Under the pieces are notes generated by a model that was given only the letters and a program-made list of their open reading frames with translations, searched no databases and was not told the DNA's origin. Positions 12,834 to 25,332 of a stretch of DNA of 64,000 nucleotides are shown here, in pieces. Every line of letters begins with the position of its first letter. Position 1 is the stretch's first letter. Origin of the DNA: Negaprion brevirostris (Eukaryota). The translations under genes were made by a program, and so were the position numbers. The stretch is taken from NCBI GenBank assembly GCA_030324005.1, contig JARDVH010000193.1, forward strand, positions 83,492,325 to 83,556,324, read 5' to 3'.

Positions 12834-13419
12834 TATGTTTTCATGATTTACAATATCACCTTACACAGCTTGTTATGATTAGGGAAATGTGAGCAGTTGA
12901 GAGATGAAATGCTTAAAGCAGAGTAGAAGTTAGTATTCAGAGAATGAATTCAGAGAAAGCAAGTGCTGGGTAATTCTTTTACAAATGTGTTAATCCAATT
13001 TTCTTCTTTCTTGAAGNNNNNNNNNNNNNNNNNNNNNNNNNNNNNNNNNNNNNNNNNNNNNNNNNNNNNNNNNNNNNNNNNNNNNNNNNNNNNNNNNNNN
13101 NNNNNNNNNNNNNNNNNNNNNNNNNNNNNNNNNNNNNNNNNNNNNNNNNNNNNNNNNNNNNNNNNNNNNNNNNNNNNNCTGAATTCTACTGTCAAAACTA
13201 ATCCTGTTCACAAAAGATCCCACTCGAGTAATTTTATGGCCCTCAGAAGTTGAAGCTCTGGTTGAGTTTCTGTATTCTCAGTGCAAGGATACACTCAACT
13301 ATATTGCTCCAGCTCCTGTTTAAACTAAAATTAACCAACTGAATCAAATCTGGGACCTCTGCTTACTGTTTTATTGGATGGGGGACCCAACACAAATGCC
13401 TTTGTATTTAGCCTATCTG

Positions 13420-13895
13420 TATATTTGATTTTATTTATTATTGCAACTTAAATTGTTTCTTGCGTGCTATACAACAAAGCATACCGTTCATAGAGAAGGA
13501 AATGGGAGAGTGCAGAATGTAGTGTTACAGTCATAGCTAGGGTGTGGAAAAAGATTAACTTAATGCAGGTAAGTCCATTCAAAAGCCTGACAGCCGCAGG
13601 GAAGAAGTTGTTCTTGAGTCGGTTGGTACGTGACCTCAAACTTTTGTATCTTTTTCCCAACGGAAGAAGGTGGAAGAAAGAATGTCCAGGAGGCGTGGGG
13701 TCCTTTAATTATGCTGGCTATTTTGCCGAGGCAGCAGGAAGTGTAGACAGAGTCAATGGATGGAGACTGGTTTACATGATTGATTGGGCCACACTCATGA
13801 CCCTTTGTAGTTCCTTGTGGTCTTCGACAGCAGGAGCCATACCAAGCTGTGATACAACATGCTTTCCATGGTGCATCTGTAAAACTTGGTGTGAT
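13420..13895 (-). mobile_element. Rex1/Babar LINE 3' fragment
   Basis: Minus ORFs give 'GKRYKSLRSRTNRLKNNFFPAAVRLLN' and 'CCITAWYGSC', typical Rex-Babar RT C-terminal motifs. Confidence 0.85.
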
Positions 13896-14394
13896 TAGGA
13901 GAAAGAAACCTAGTGATTTTCTTTTCACTAGCTCAGTATTGAGGTCAATCATAGTACCATCTAGCTCACCACAGATTTGTGTCCTTGGTTCATGAGGCTC
14001 AGTTCTGCACTACATCGTGCAACAGTACCAACTGCCTAATTGGAAGCGACAGCGGGGATGATTCGCCAGTTAACAGTCAGGGCCTCATTAACACGTTGCT
14101 TGCCAACTTTCTAACCAAAACAGTCTCAAAACATTTGCAAGTGCCTGGCAGCAGCTGAAAGCAAGTGACTCAGAGACCTCTGCTGGGGACCTAGAGAAAT
14201 GGTCCTCAGCAGAAACAAAATACATTGGAGTACTGCGGAATTGCAGATGGGGGTAGTTGAAGCTGGTGGGAGTTTGGGAAGGAAGGGCCATGGTTTTCTC
14301 ACAGATCCAGAAGAAAGTTTTTTAAATGTACATTTTTAAAAAATTCTCAAAGCAAAATACTGTTGATGCAGTACAATACTGTACTGCAATAACA

Positions 14395-14490
14395 TTTGAA
14401 AGGTTACAGGCCTGAAACATTAACTCAGCTTCTTTCTCCATAGATGCTGTCAGACCTGGTGAGTATTTCCTGCATTTTTTGACTTTGTTA
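14395..14490 (+). mobile_element. Penelope-like terminal remnant
   Basis: GAAAGGTTACAGGCCTGAAACATTAACTC...GATGCTGTCAGACCTGGTGAGTATTTCC, same family as 4790-5050. Confidence 0.5.
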
Positions 14491-14689
14491 AAGAAAAGAC
14501 TTCTGTCCCTGGATCAGGCAACTTTGGTCTGGCAGGAAAGTTACCACAATATCCTCATTTTGCAACCCATTTAAATTCCTTAGCTTACTCCCAAATATAT
14601 TTCATGCTTCTCCCATCTCTCCCATTTCTCCCATTTTTTGAGAACCATGGAATCCCAACAGTGCAGAAGGAGACCATTCAGCCCATTGT

Positions 14690-16250
14690 ATGACTGCAGA
14701 CAGAGTTGGAGCAGTGTGTCTCACATACACTATCATCAATGGGAAAAAAACCAATAGCTTTCATATTGCGTACCTTGACAAGTGCTGAATTAAATTATGC
14801 TCAGTTGGAGAAAGAGGCACTGAGAGAGAATCTTTGGAGAGCAGAAATTTCGCCAATATCTCAATGGTTGTCATTACACATTTCTGATGGAACACCATCC
14901 CTTGATAGCTATTTTGGACTGCATTAAGCTATTGCATCACTTGCTGCAAGCAGACTTCAACAAAAGTCTTTAATACCATCTGCACATTCTTGTGAGATCA
15001 AACACCATTAGTCAGAAAACCATGTCAATGTGGATACATTGTCACACTTGCCTTCGTCTACTAGTTAAAAACCACTCAGTAGTATTTCCAATATATTTTA
15101 CTTTTCACAGATTGAATATGTCCACTGATTGCAGCTCAAGTTCAATGATAGACCAGAAATGATCCCATGATGGGTAAGATAGCGGTAATTATGTTAAACG
15201 AGAGGAAAGTGGGAATGCATCTTGAATTAAAACCATGGCTGGGTTCTACCAAAAAAATTCTAAGTTCCCACTGTGCAGGAAAATGGGAGCGATTTCCGCT
15301 TTTTTCAGTGTACTTATCAGAATGAATCTCCAACATTCTGTGTACTGCAGAGTGCCTCAGCATGATTCACTCTGGAACGTAGGGAGCAGGCCCTATTCAC
15401 ACACGAGGCTGGCAACATAGTCAGAATGAAGATTGGCACATGCACAGTGCCCCCCCAACCCCCTGCTCCCCCCACCACCACCACCACTGGCCTCCGATTG
15501 CTGGCCAGCTGCACAATCCCCCTGATCACTGGCCTCNNNNNNNNNNNNNNNNNNNNNNNNNNNNNNNNNNNNNNNNNNNNNNNNNNNNNNNNNNNNNNNN
15601 NNNNNNNNNNNNNNNNNNNNNNNNNNNNNNNNNNNNNNNNNNNNNNNNNNNNNNNNNNNNNNNNNNNNNNNNNNNNNNNNNNNNNNNNNNNNNNNNNNNN
15701 NNNNNNNNNNNNNNNNNNNNNNTCCCAGCATGCTGCATTATTTGAGCAGTGCAGTGGGCTGGGAGAATCCTGACCCATATGTTTCCAGAAAACCTGAGTT
15801 GACAGTACAGGGCAGATGCCTGTTGTGGCGGATGAAGATAATACTTCCTCTAAATATGTAACAAAAAGTATAACAATTTCATGAAGGGCATCCACATGTA
15901 GTTTGACTGAAATAATTTGTGAGGAGGCACTTCTGGTGGCCAGGGGTAGATGCCAGATTGAGGTACAAGCATGACTTTGCTAGTCTTGTGTGTGGGTAAG
16001 GAATGCACCCCCATGGCATTCTTGTGAATGGCCTAAAATGCCTTGGTAACATCTGCACATTGACTTCACAGATTCATACAAGGGGCGCATGTTCATGATT
16101 GTCATTAATGCACATTCCAAATGGCCGGAAATTGTTTTGATGAAGTCAATAACTGTGGAACAAACTATTGAAAAGCTCGGTGAGAATTTCACTGGTTTTG
16201 GGAAACCAGAACAATTCAAGAGTGACAATGGACCACAATTCGTTGGTGGA
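14690..16250 (+). mobile_element. Gypsy/Ty3 LTR retrotransposon pol remnant (RNase H and integrase), pseudogenised
   Basis: 'PIAFILRTLTSAELNYAQLEKEAL' (RNase H) and 'MFMIVINAHSKWPEIV...FGKPEQFKSDNGPQF' (integrase core). Removing the MITE at 15237-15775 restores 'ELKPYVSRKPELTVQGRCLLW'. Confidence 0.9.
15237..15775. mobile_element. Harbinger-type MITE inserted in Gypsy pol
   Basis: Imperfect TIR GGCTGGGTTCT / AGAATCCTGACC. Exact 3-bp TSD CAT at 15234-36 and 15776-78. Confidence 0.8.
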
Positions 16251-16556
16251 AGAAAGCAGTGTCTCTCTGTCTCTGTCTCTCTTCAGAGGCTATCTGAAAG
16301 TTCCAAGACTGGAAAGGCTCAGATATTTGATCAATTGACCAATTCACATAGGTGTTGAAAGCTGCAAATCCAACATCATGTGAGCATATTTGCTTTAATG
16401 CTAACTTAATCTGAAGAAGAATGTATGTCTGTGGGATTGCTTTACATTGTACTAACAGTGATAGCTAGCTGTTTGCAATTATTTTGTGTCATATTTAAGT
16501 CTTGTAATTGATAAAAGTTATGCTAATTCTTTCTGTTATATTCTAACTTTGTTTGG

Positions 16557-16851
16557 GGTGGCACAGTGGTTAGTGCTGCTGCCTCATAGCACCAGGGACC
16601 AGGTTCAATTCCGGCCTTGGGTCTCTGTCTCTGTGGAGTTTGCACTTTCTCCCTGTGTCTGCATGGGTTTCCTCCGGGTGCTCTGGTTTCCTCCCACAGT
16701 CTAAAGATGTGTGGGTTAGGTTGATTGGCCATGATAAATTGACCCGAGTGTCAGAGGGATTAATAGGGTAAATGCGTGGGGTTACGGATGGGATTGTGGT
16801 CATTACAGACTTGATGGGCCAAATGACCTTCTTCTGTACTGTAGGGATTCT
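16557..16851 (+). mobile_element. HE1-type V-SINE
   Basis: Head GGTGGCACAGTGGTTAGTGCTGCTGCCTCA, V-domain, tail GATGGGCCAAATGACCTCTTCTGTACTGTAGGGATTC. Confidence 0.92.
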
Positions 16852-17753
16852 TTGAGTAAGTAAACTGTGTTTGAGAAAGGCTTCCTATTGAGTCACTTGT
16901 ATCATACCTAATGCTCACCTGTGGCAAAACAAATGTAAATTTAGGGTCTCTAACAGTTTGGAGTCTCCGGGCTGGGTCTTAACAAAGGTTAGGCACTAGT
17001 ACACTGGTACAACATGGTGAGCAGCCTTACATCATGGTACATGGCAAAAGAAGACCCTCAATGTTTTGGTCAGATTGCAATGAATCTGAAAACACAGTGT
17101 TGTCACTGTGAATAAAAGCTTTGAAGACACAGTGCCTAGCTAGTTGTGAAGTAAAGAGCTGGTAGCCAACAGATCCCTTGGGGTAAGATTACAGCATCTG
17201 CCAGTTCAGTGAGTGGGACGATTCATCAAGAGGATTGGCACCAGGTTAACTCAGTCAGGAGAGACAAGTGACCAGGGTGTGGGTTGGATAAATAGTGAAC
17301 AATGGAGAGTCGAACAAAGAACAATGCATAAACATCAGGCCACAGAAGGGTGTGACATAATGGTAGCTTTGGGAGTCACTGAGTAATGAATTGAATAAAC
17401 TGCAAAAATGCCATTACTCCAAGGTGCGTTCCAAGCACAACCTGTCTTAATGAATAGTGCTTACGAAAAGCTCACAAAAACAGCCACAGTGGCATTTGTG
17501 CCAGATATTACAGAGGAGAAGGAAGGTCAAAGAGATATTGTCAGAATGCCCCAGTTTGAATTGGAATACAGCTGACATACTATCCAAATTCAAAATGTTT
17601 AAACAACGCAAAGAGCTATGGTTTCTTGATTCAGATGTGTCTGAACCAGATAAGCAAACCATAAAAATTAGCCTAGCAATTAGGAATGAAGGTGCATATA
17701 GACCGAACACATTGGGATTAACAGAAGGGGACTAAGGATCCCTAGGAAATACG

Positions 17754-19421
17754 GGCCTGAATTTTGCATCAGTCAGGCCCGCGCACACGGTGGGCCTCAT
17801 GCAAAATATGTTTTCACCCATTGTTGGCTCCAGAATGAGATTTCATGCTGGCTGGCCACTTAAAGGACAATCAGAACAAAACTCATTTTAGGAAAGACTC
17901 TGCCCTGCTGGAGAGGGCAGGGGCTGAGAACAGAGAAGGTGTGTGCTAATACTTCTAATATGTTCCCTCCAGGGGAAAGCTGCTGTGGAGCTGTCTGAGA
18001 GAGTTGCAGAGATCAGTAAAAATAAATTGTGATGGAAAATCTATGCAAAGAGTGTCTAGGCAGCACATTCAAACACAAAACTTGGTCTCTGGAAACATTT
18101 TCAAATTTTCTTTCAACCCTGACATTTCATCCCATCCAGGATCGAAGTTGCAGCTAAATTGTAAAGGTCGCTTCGCCAATCACCTTCACAAAAGCAGCTA
18201 CAGTGTCACTCATCCCAGATATTACAGAGGAGAAAGAAGGTCAAAGAGATATTGTCAGAATGCCCCATAAAATTCCCCAGTTTGAATTAGGATGCAGCTG
18301 ACATACTATCCAAATTCAAAATGTTTGCATGGCATATAGAGCTATGGGGCCCTATTTTACCATTTTGATTCTAAGTGCTGGGCGGACTTGAAACTGGGAG
18401 TGTTTCATATCCGACTTTTAGACCCATTCTCATGCGCCCCCATATGCGCTCTGCCTGAAAAAATATCAGCGCTTCCAGATCGTACTGCAGAAGCCTGTGG
18501 ATGGGGCATAATGCGTCCAAAGTCCTGCAGCTTCGATCGGTGCCTCCAACTGCACATGCTCAAAAAAAACTTAGAATGTGGCTCCCCTGCCGCATCCCTC
18601 CCAGGCCAGATAATGCCTNNNNNNNNNNNNNNNNNNNNNNNNNNNNNNNNNNNNNNNNNNNNNNNNNNNNNNNNNNNNNNNNNNNNNNNNNNNNNNNNNN
18701 NNNNNNNNNNNNNNNNNNNNNNNNNNNNNNNNNNNNNNNNNNNNNNNNNNNNNNNNNNNNNNCATTCCCCCTCATTGATCTCAGGCAGTGTGTGGCAGTG
18801 GATCCCACGATCCATCCCCCACCCACCAGTGATTTCAAGCAGAGGACAGTCAGACACTTGGCACTTACCTCCTCACTAACTGGAGCATGCAAATTGGATT
18901 TTTGCGGACCATGTCTGTTTTGTACCGATTTTGAGCCGGATGGGCGAGCACGGTGGTAAAGGAGGAAGTGGCGGTAAGGCTGAGCACGCAGCCTATTAAG
19001 TCAATTTAAATACATGCAAATGTGTTTAAATGGCCGTCGTACCTGTTTCAGTCGTGATCCCAATCGCAGCCATGTTCGGGCCTTGGTAAAGGGGGAACCG
19101 GTGCGGAGGTGGGCGCAGATCACGCTACTCACCTCATGCCTGACTTTACCAAATTTTCGAGTCTGAAAATGGGCACAGCTTGATGGTAAAATTGGGCCCA
19201 TATTCTCTTGATTCAGAAATGTTTGAACCAGATAAGCAGGCTAAAAAAATTAGCCTAGCAATTAGCAGGATTAACAGAAGAGAGCTAAAGGATCCCCACT
19301 ATTTAAACTGGCCGCTGAAAATTGCAATAAATTGGCCGCTTAATGGGATAAATTACCAGATTGTCAGTCAGTACACTTCTACTCTCGTATCTGTCTGCCC
19401 GAGCAGCCTAAATTTCTGGCC
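17754..19421. mobile_element. Harbinger-type MITE containing a copy of flanking gag DNA and a second MITE
   Basis: TIR GGCCTGAATTT / AAATTTCTGGCC. Flanks ACG / ATG (near-TSD). Confidence 0.6.
18347..19199. mobile_element. Harbinger-type MITE, ~850 bp (family M1)
   Basis: 17-bp TIR GGGCCCTATTTTACCAT / ATGGTAAAATTGGGCCC. TSD ATG/ATA. The empty site is visible in the paralogue at ~17612-17635. Confidence 0.9.
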
Positions 19422-20925
19422 ATGAATTACATTGGAAGACCACTGTGGCCCTGGCCTAAATGTGCTGGAAAATTGGCCAAGTTACAAAGACACTAAAGGC
19501 TGATGGGAAATGTCACTAAATTACAGAGGACACGACAAGGCAGTTCTGCCACAGGACAGAAGACAACAGGAGGTAGTGGGCTTCAAAAGGTGATCATTAT
19601 TGGTTTCAGTTGCCAGACTTGTGAAATGAACAAACATTTGTGAACAATCATCCATCACACAGGAATTAGAAAATAGTGATCATGATGAATGGGAGGCCAT
19701 TAACATGGATATCTGTTGTAATCTAAAGAAGCAAAAAAATGCAAACAGACACACAATCCCAAGGAAGTTATAAATGTTATCACAGATCTAGTCAGATTAA
19801 TGGTAATCTATAGGAAGAATCCTCATGGAAGACAGCCTCAAGTGTTCAGCTTGAAGATGAAGTTTGATCCCTTTCATGCCTGGTCAGTGCGATTAGCAGC
19901 TGATTTCTCTGCAACTTCACGAGAAGTCATTATATAAATATTGCTGAGGAACTTGTAGTCAGAGCAAAGGAAGGCAGAATAATCTGTGTATTTTAAACAG
20001 GGTGTAGTGATAAGGATTGGGGTTTTATATTTTGTTTAACGAAGAAGTGATTTGATTCAAGATAAACAATGTTTTGTCTGTCAATCAGTTGGACCAAGGG
20101 TCTCAGTCAATAGTAGTTTAGAATCAGGATAAACTTTCATATTTATTGACTGGAGTTCATGTCATTTTGACATCAATCTAACAAATCCATGGACCACTTC
20201 TTCATCAGAGACAAAGCAAAGGGCACCAACTGTAATTTTTCAGATACAGAGCTAGCAGACTGAATTGTTGAGTTGGTGTTCACATTCAGTCCCATGGAAG
20301 CATTCCAGAAAGATCAGCTAGATAAATCCAAAACATATAGCTTTTAAGAGCTACTCAAGGATGGACATAAATATCAAGTGATCTTCACAGGTTGTTAAAA
20401 CTTACAGGTTATACGACCTCAATTGTTGATGCACGTAGTAGAACACCCAAATCTAGCGAGGCATATGGAAGTTGTGGACAGCCCTGCATTCATCAGTTCT
20501 GCAAGGTCCATGGCAGAAAGGATCATTGACAGCTGCACTGGAGGCAAGGTTGATAAAGCTGCAAAGAGAAACATGCTAATATTACATACAGAAAACTCGA
20601 AATCCTAACATGATTCTGCATTCTGGATAATAATCTGCCTAGAGATATTTTCCTATTTCCTCTGCTACTGCAGCCCAGGGCAGAATTTTCCATTTTGGAA
20701 ATTAAGCGTGGTGATGAGTGGAAAATTCTGTTGAGTGGCGGGGCAGTGAACACACATGATCTTCCACTTTTTCACTCAAAAGTAAAGCAATGGCCCTGAA
20801 GAGAAGTGAACCCTCCCCCAGGCATTCCAGGTAAGGATGGAGATCCACTTTCCTTAGGATGGTAGAAGAAATTCCTTTCAGTTGACTCAACTAGCCTGGG
20901 ACGAGGTTGCCAGGCAGTGTAAGGG

Positions 20926-22110
20926 CATAAGAACATAAGAACTGGGAGCACGAATAGGTCATCGGGCCCCTAGAATCTGCTCCGCCATTTAATAAGATCA
21001 TGGCTGATCTTCTTGTGGTAAGCTCCACTTACCCGGCCCGCTTACCGTAATGCTTAATTCCTTTATTGTTCAAAAATTTATCTATCTTTGCCTTAAAAAT
21101 ATTTGATGAGGTAGCCTCAACTGCTTCACTGGACAGGGAATTCCACAGATTCACAATCCTTTGTACGAAGAAGTTCCTCCTCAACTCAGTCCTAAATCTT
21201 TTTTAAGTCATGCCCCCTAGTTCTAATTTCCCCTGCAAGTGGAAACAACTTCTCTGCTTCTATCTTAGCTATTCCCTTCATAATATTGTATGTTTCTATA
21301 AGATCTCTCCTTATTCTTCTGAATTCCAATGAGTATAGCCCCAATCTATTCAGTCTGTCTTCATAAGCCAACTCTCTCAATTCTGGAATCAACCTAGTGA
21401 ATCTCCTCTGCACCCCCTCCATTGCCAGTATATCCTTTTTCAAGCAAGGAGACCAAAACTGTACACAGTACTCCAGGTGTGGCCTCACCAGCACTTTATA
21501 CAGCTGCAACATAACCTCGCTGTTTTTAAACTCCATCCTTCTGGCAATGAAGGACAAAAATCCACTTATCTTCCTAATTACCTGCAGCACCTGCAAACCA
21601 ATTTTTTGTGATTCATGTACGAGGACACCCAGGCCCCTCTGCACAACAGCATGCTGCAATGTTTTACCACTTAAATAATAGTCCATTTTGTTGTTATTCC
21701 TACCAAAATGGATGACTTCACATTTACTAACATTGTACTCCATCTGCCAGATCCTGGTCCACTCAATTAGACTATCTATAGCCCTTTTTAGACTTCCAGA
21801 GCCCTCTGCACATTTTGTTCTGTCACTCATCTTAGTGTCTCCAACTCCAAATCATCTATGTAAATCGTAAAAATTGCTGTCCCAACACTGATTCCTGAGG
21901 CCCACCACTAGTTACTGATTGCCAACCATACAACACTCCTTTATCCCCACTCTTTGCTCTCTGTTGGTTAACCAATCCCCTATGCATGCTAATACATTAC
22001 TCGTGACAGCGTGCACCTTTGTCTGATGCAGCAGCCTTTGATGCAGTGCCTTATCAAATACCTTCTGGAAATCCAGATACATCACATCCACAGGTTCCTC
22101 ATTGTCTACT
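20926..22110 (-). mobile_element. CR1 (HER1-like) LINE, 3' part of ORF2 and 3'UTR
   Basis: ORF 21192-21830 has 'LYKVLVRPHLEYCVQFWSP...RLGLYSLEFRR'. Upstream 'VDVMYLDFQKVFDK'. (ATAAGAAC)n tail. Confidence 0.95.
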
Positions 22111-22119
22111 GTGAATGTG

Positions 22120-22148
22120 GGGCCCGATTTTACCATTTTGATTCTAAG
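22120..22148. mobile_element. Left end of another family-M1 MITE, remainder in N-gap
   Basis: GGGCCCGATTTTACCATTTTGATTCTAAG matches the start at 18347. Confidence 0.8.
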
Positions 22149-22979
22149 NNNNNNNNNNNNNNNNNNNNNNNNNNNNNNNNNNNNNNNNNNNNNNNNNNNN
22201 NNNNNNNNNNNNNNNNNNNNNNNNNNNNNNNNNNNNNNNNNNNNNNNNNNNNNNNNNNNNNNNNNNNNNNNNNNNNNNNNNNNNNNNNNNNNNNNNNNNN
22301 NNNNNNNNNNNNNNNNNNNNNNNNNNNNNNNNNNNNNNNNNNNNNNNNNNNNNNNNNNNNNNNNNNNNNNNNNNNNNNNNNNNNNNNNNNNNNNNNNNNN
22401 NNNNNNNNNNNNNNNNNNNNNNNNNNNNNNNNNNNNNNNNNNNNNNNNNNNNNNNNNNNNNNNNNNNNNNNNNNNNNNNNNNNNNNNNNNNNNNNNNNNN
22501 NNNNNNNNNNNNNNNNNNNNNNNNNNNNNNNNNNNNNNNNNNNNNNNNNNNNNNNNNNNNNNNNNNNNNNNNNNNNNNNNNNNNNNNNNNNNNNNNNNNN
22601 NNNNNNNNNNNNNNNNNNNNNNNNNNNNNNNNNNNNNNNNNNNNNNNNNNNNNNNNNNNNNNNNNNNNNNNNNNNNNNNNNNNNNNNNNNNNNNNNNNNN
22701 NNNNNNNNNNNNNNNNNNNNNNNNNNNNNNNNNNNNNNNNNNNNNNNNNNNNNNNNNNNNNNNNNNNNNNNNNNNNNNNNNNNNNNNNNNNNNNNNNNNN
22801 NNNNNNNNNNNNNNNNNNNNNNNNNNNNNNNNNNNNNNNNNNNNNNNNNNNNNNNNNNNNNNNNNNNNNNNNNNNNNNNNNNNNNNNNNNNNNNNNNNNC
22901 CCTCCCCACCAGAGATCAATCTGATCTGCCTCACTCCTCCTCCCCCTCCCCACCAGAGAACAATCTGACCCTAAGTTAA

Positions 22980-23370
22980 TTGGCAAGGGTCTGATGTTGT
23001 GCTTCTGATACGTGAGCACACGGAAGTCTCCTTTAGAAGGATTGTGGTCGCTATGGAGACCCTGGTCCAGCAGGATCCTGGGCCAACACAAAAATTTCTG
23101 TTGGGTTTGCATTTTGACCTGCACATCGGTGCTCTAGCCATGGTACATTCCAGCAGTGGCTATGTGAGAAAGGGACATAGCAGCTCACCCTCCCTCCAGA
23201 TGCCTCTTCTCCTCAAGGAGTCAGGGGTGACGGCATTGAACATCCCACAGGCATCTATCCAGGATGCTCTGTCACTCCCCTTCCCCTCTGCTAATGACCT
23301 ATCAACTCTAGTAGGTCAGGCATAGGAGGAGCTGCACCTGCGTTGGAGCAGAATGAGACCCTTAGCATAT
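22980..23370 (+). mobile_element. Probable Harbinger internal (second-gene) remnant
   Basis: Weak similarity to 36540-36720 (GTGG..CT..ATGGA..G.CCAG.A...GGG.TTGC....GACCTG). Assignment to Harbinger is inference. Confidence 0.3.
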
Positions 23371-23384
23371 GAATAGACCAATAT

Positions 23385-23705
23385 ATGGATTAGGAGCAGG
23401 TGTAGGCACACAGCCCCTTAAGCCTGGTCTGCCATTCAATAAGGTTCTGGCTGATCTGATTGTAATCTTAACCCCACATTTCCACCCATCCCCAGTAACC
23501 ACTCATCCCTTGTTAATCAAATAGCTATCCAGCTCTGCCTTAAAAATATTCAAAGACTCGGCATCCACTGCCTTTTGAGGAACAGTGCTCCAAAGACTCA
23601 CAAACCTATGAGAGAAAGAAATCTCCTTATACCCAGCTTAAATGAATGACCCTTTATTTTTAAACAGTTACCCCTTAGTTCTACGTTCTCCAACAAGAGG
23701 AAGCT
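23385..23705 (-). mobile_element. CR1 3' end fragment
   Basis: TTAGGAGCAGGTGTAGGC...GCCATTCAATAAG...GGCTGATCTGAT, the reverse-complemented CR1 3'UTR. Confidence 0.8.
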
Positions 23706-24379
23706 CTGCATCCCAAGGAGATGGGGTGAGAAGGGGTGGGGCTTATTGAGGGGCAGGGCTGCTAGTGGGAGGGTGAGGCGATCAAGAGATGGGGACTGTG
23801 ATGAGGGATTGGTGGGGAAATTGAGGCAAGCCTGGCCAAGGAAGGGTGGGGGGTGGTGTAGGGTCCTCCTTGTATACTCTCCTCGTGGTGATGCTGATCA
23901 TNNNNNNNNNNNNNNNNNNNNNNNNNNNNNNNNNNNNNNNNNNNNNNNNNNNNNNNNNNNNNNNNNNNNNNNNNNNNNNNNNNNNNNNNNNNNNNNNNNN
24001 NNNNNNNNNNNNNNNNNNNNNNNNNNNNNNNNNNNNNNNNNNNNNNNTGCATATGCAGTGGCCTGCTCAGCACTATGCTGGCAGCCTCTACAGAGGGAAT
24101 AGGCCTTGCCCTCTGATTTTTAACGGGATTCACGCTGGGGCTCTCTGTGATGAACAGAGTATTGGAGATGCATTTTGAAAGTCCCATTGAAAGAAACAGT
24201 GGCATTTACTTCAATTTTTAGGCAAATTCAGCACTTAGAAGTTTTTTGAAAGAATCCCACTCATTCTTTTTATAAGAAGGGGCTACTTACATTTAAATAA
24301 GAAACACAAGCAATAGGGAAATAAAGTTGAGGCCAGGTGAGATAAAGTAAAACAGATTTAACGTAAAGGAAGCAAATTG

Positions 24380-24900
24380 AAACTATGACAGATAGCTTAA
24401 TCATATGGAATGCATACCTTGTGGTATGTGGGAAGTCAGGGATGATACTGGTGTCCTAATGACCACATGTATGGGAAATGTCATTAGTTACAGAACCTTG
24501 AGCTCTTATGCTTCGGGGATCGAGCAGTGACTGGAGTCACTGTGGCACACTGCAGTCTGTGAGGCTTGGAGTTACATGGATAGTATATTCAGAGAGCTGG
24601 TCACACTATAGTTTAGGAAACTGGAGGCAGAAAAGGAATAGGTGACAATCATGCAGCCCAAGAAAACTAGCCAGGTAGTGCAGGAGTCCCCTGGGAACCC
24701 ACTCATCAATCAATGTTCTGTTTTGGATAATGGTGAGGATGTTAGATCCTTGGGTGAGAGTCAGTTTGGTGATACCACACGTGGATCTGTTGAATGGGAG
24801 GGGAGAAAGAAGAGGGGAAGAGCGGTAGTGATACCGAATTAATTAGTTTGGGGAACAGACAGGTATTTCTTTTGTCATAGACATGACTCCAGGATGATCT
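24380..24900 (+). mobile_element. CR1 ORF1 remnant (zinc finger/leucine zipper to esterase start)
   Basis: 'ECIPCGMWEV', DH.C.KC-like and 'RAVVI' (GDS esterase entry) motifs, degraded. Confidence 0.65.
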
Positions 24901-25056
24901 GTTCCCACCTTTGTGTCAATCTTTTTGGCAAACCAATTCAACGAAAGTTTTTTAAAAATGAGGGACAAAGTAAAAGAGGCACTCCCTGAAAGAAGGTGGG
25001 GGGGGCAGGTGATCAAGGATGGATTGGCTGCAAGGGCCTTCTTCTGGTAAAGGGTG

Positions 25057-25200
25057 ATCATGATGTGGAGATGCCAGAGTTGGACTGGGGTAAACACAGT
25101 AAGAAGTCTCACAACACCAGGTTAAAGTCCAACAGGTTTACTTGGTAGTAAACGTCACTAGCTTTCGGAATGCTGTTCCTTCGTCAGGTGAGTGGATGGG
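25057..25200 (-). mobile_element. Penelope-like element fragment carrying a hammerhead
   Basis: Shares CACAACACCAGGTTAAAGTCCAACAGGTTTA with 40748-40875. Confidence 0.7.
25155..25191 (-). ncRNA. Minimal type-I hammerhead ribozyme motif
   Basis: Minus strand reads TCAC-CTGACGA-A-GGAA(CAGCA)TTCC-GAAA-GC-TA-GTGA: stem I TCAC/GTGA, core CUGANGA and GAAA, stem II GGAA/TTCC, palindromic AGCT stem III, CUA cleavage triplet. Confidence 0.7.
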
Positions 25201-25332
25201 TTCTAGAACATAGAACATAGAAAAACTACAGNNNNNNNNNNNNNNNNNNNNNNNNNNNNNNNNNNNNNNNNNNNNNNNNNNNNNNNNNNNNNNNNNNNNN
25301 NNNNNNNNNNNNNNNNNNNNNNNNNNNNNNNA

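Larger units (their letters stand above)
17470..20620 (+). mobile_element. Gypsy-like gag/protease remnant, interrupted by nested MITEs
   Basis: 'PSLNWNTADILSKFKMFKQRKELWF...KQTIKISLAIRNEG' resembles a Gypsy gag N-terminus. The frame continues across the MITE as KDP*EI*ITLED. Possible decayed protease (IDTGAS-like) near 20235-20260. Confidence 0.55.

Noticed and set aside
16860-17400. LTR end and primer-binding site for the Gypsy remnants
   Set aside because: Several ACA-TGG-like candidates exist, but no paired LTR or clear tRNA complement supports any one of them.
21192-21830. 212-aa ORF as a cellular gene
   Set aside because: It is the C-terminus of CR1 ORF2, frameshifted from the upstream RT part.
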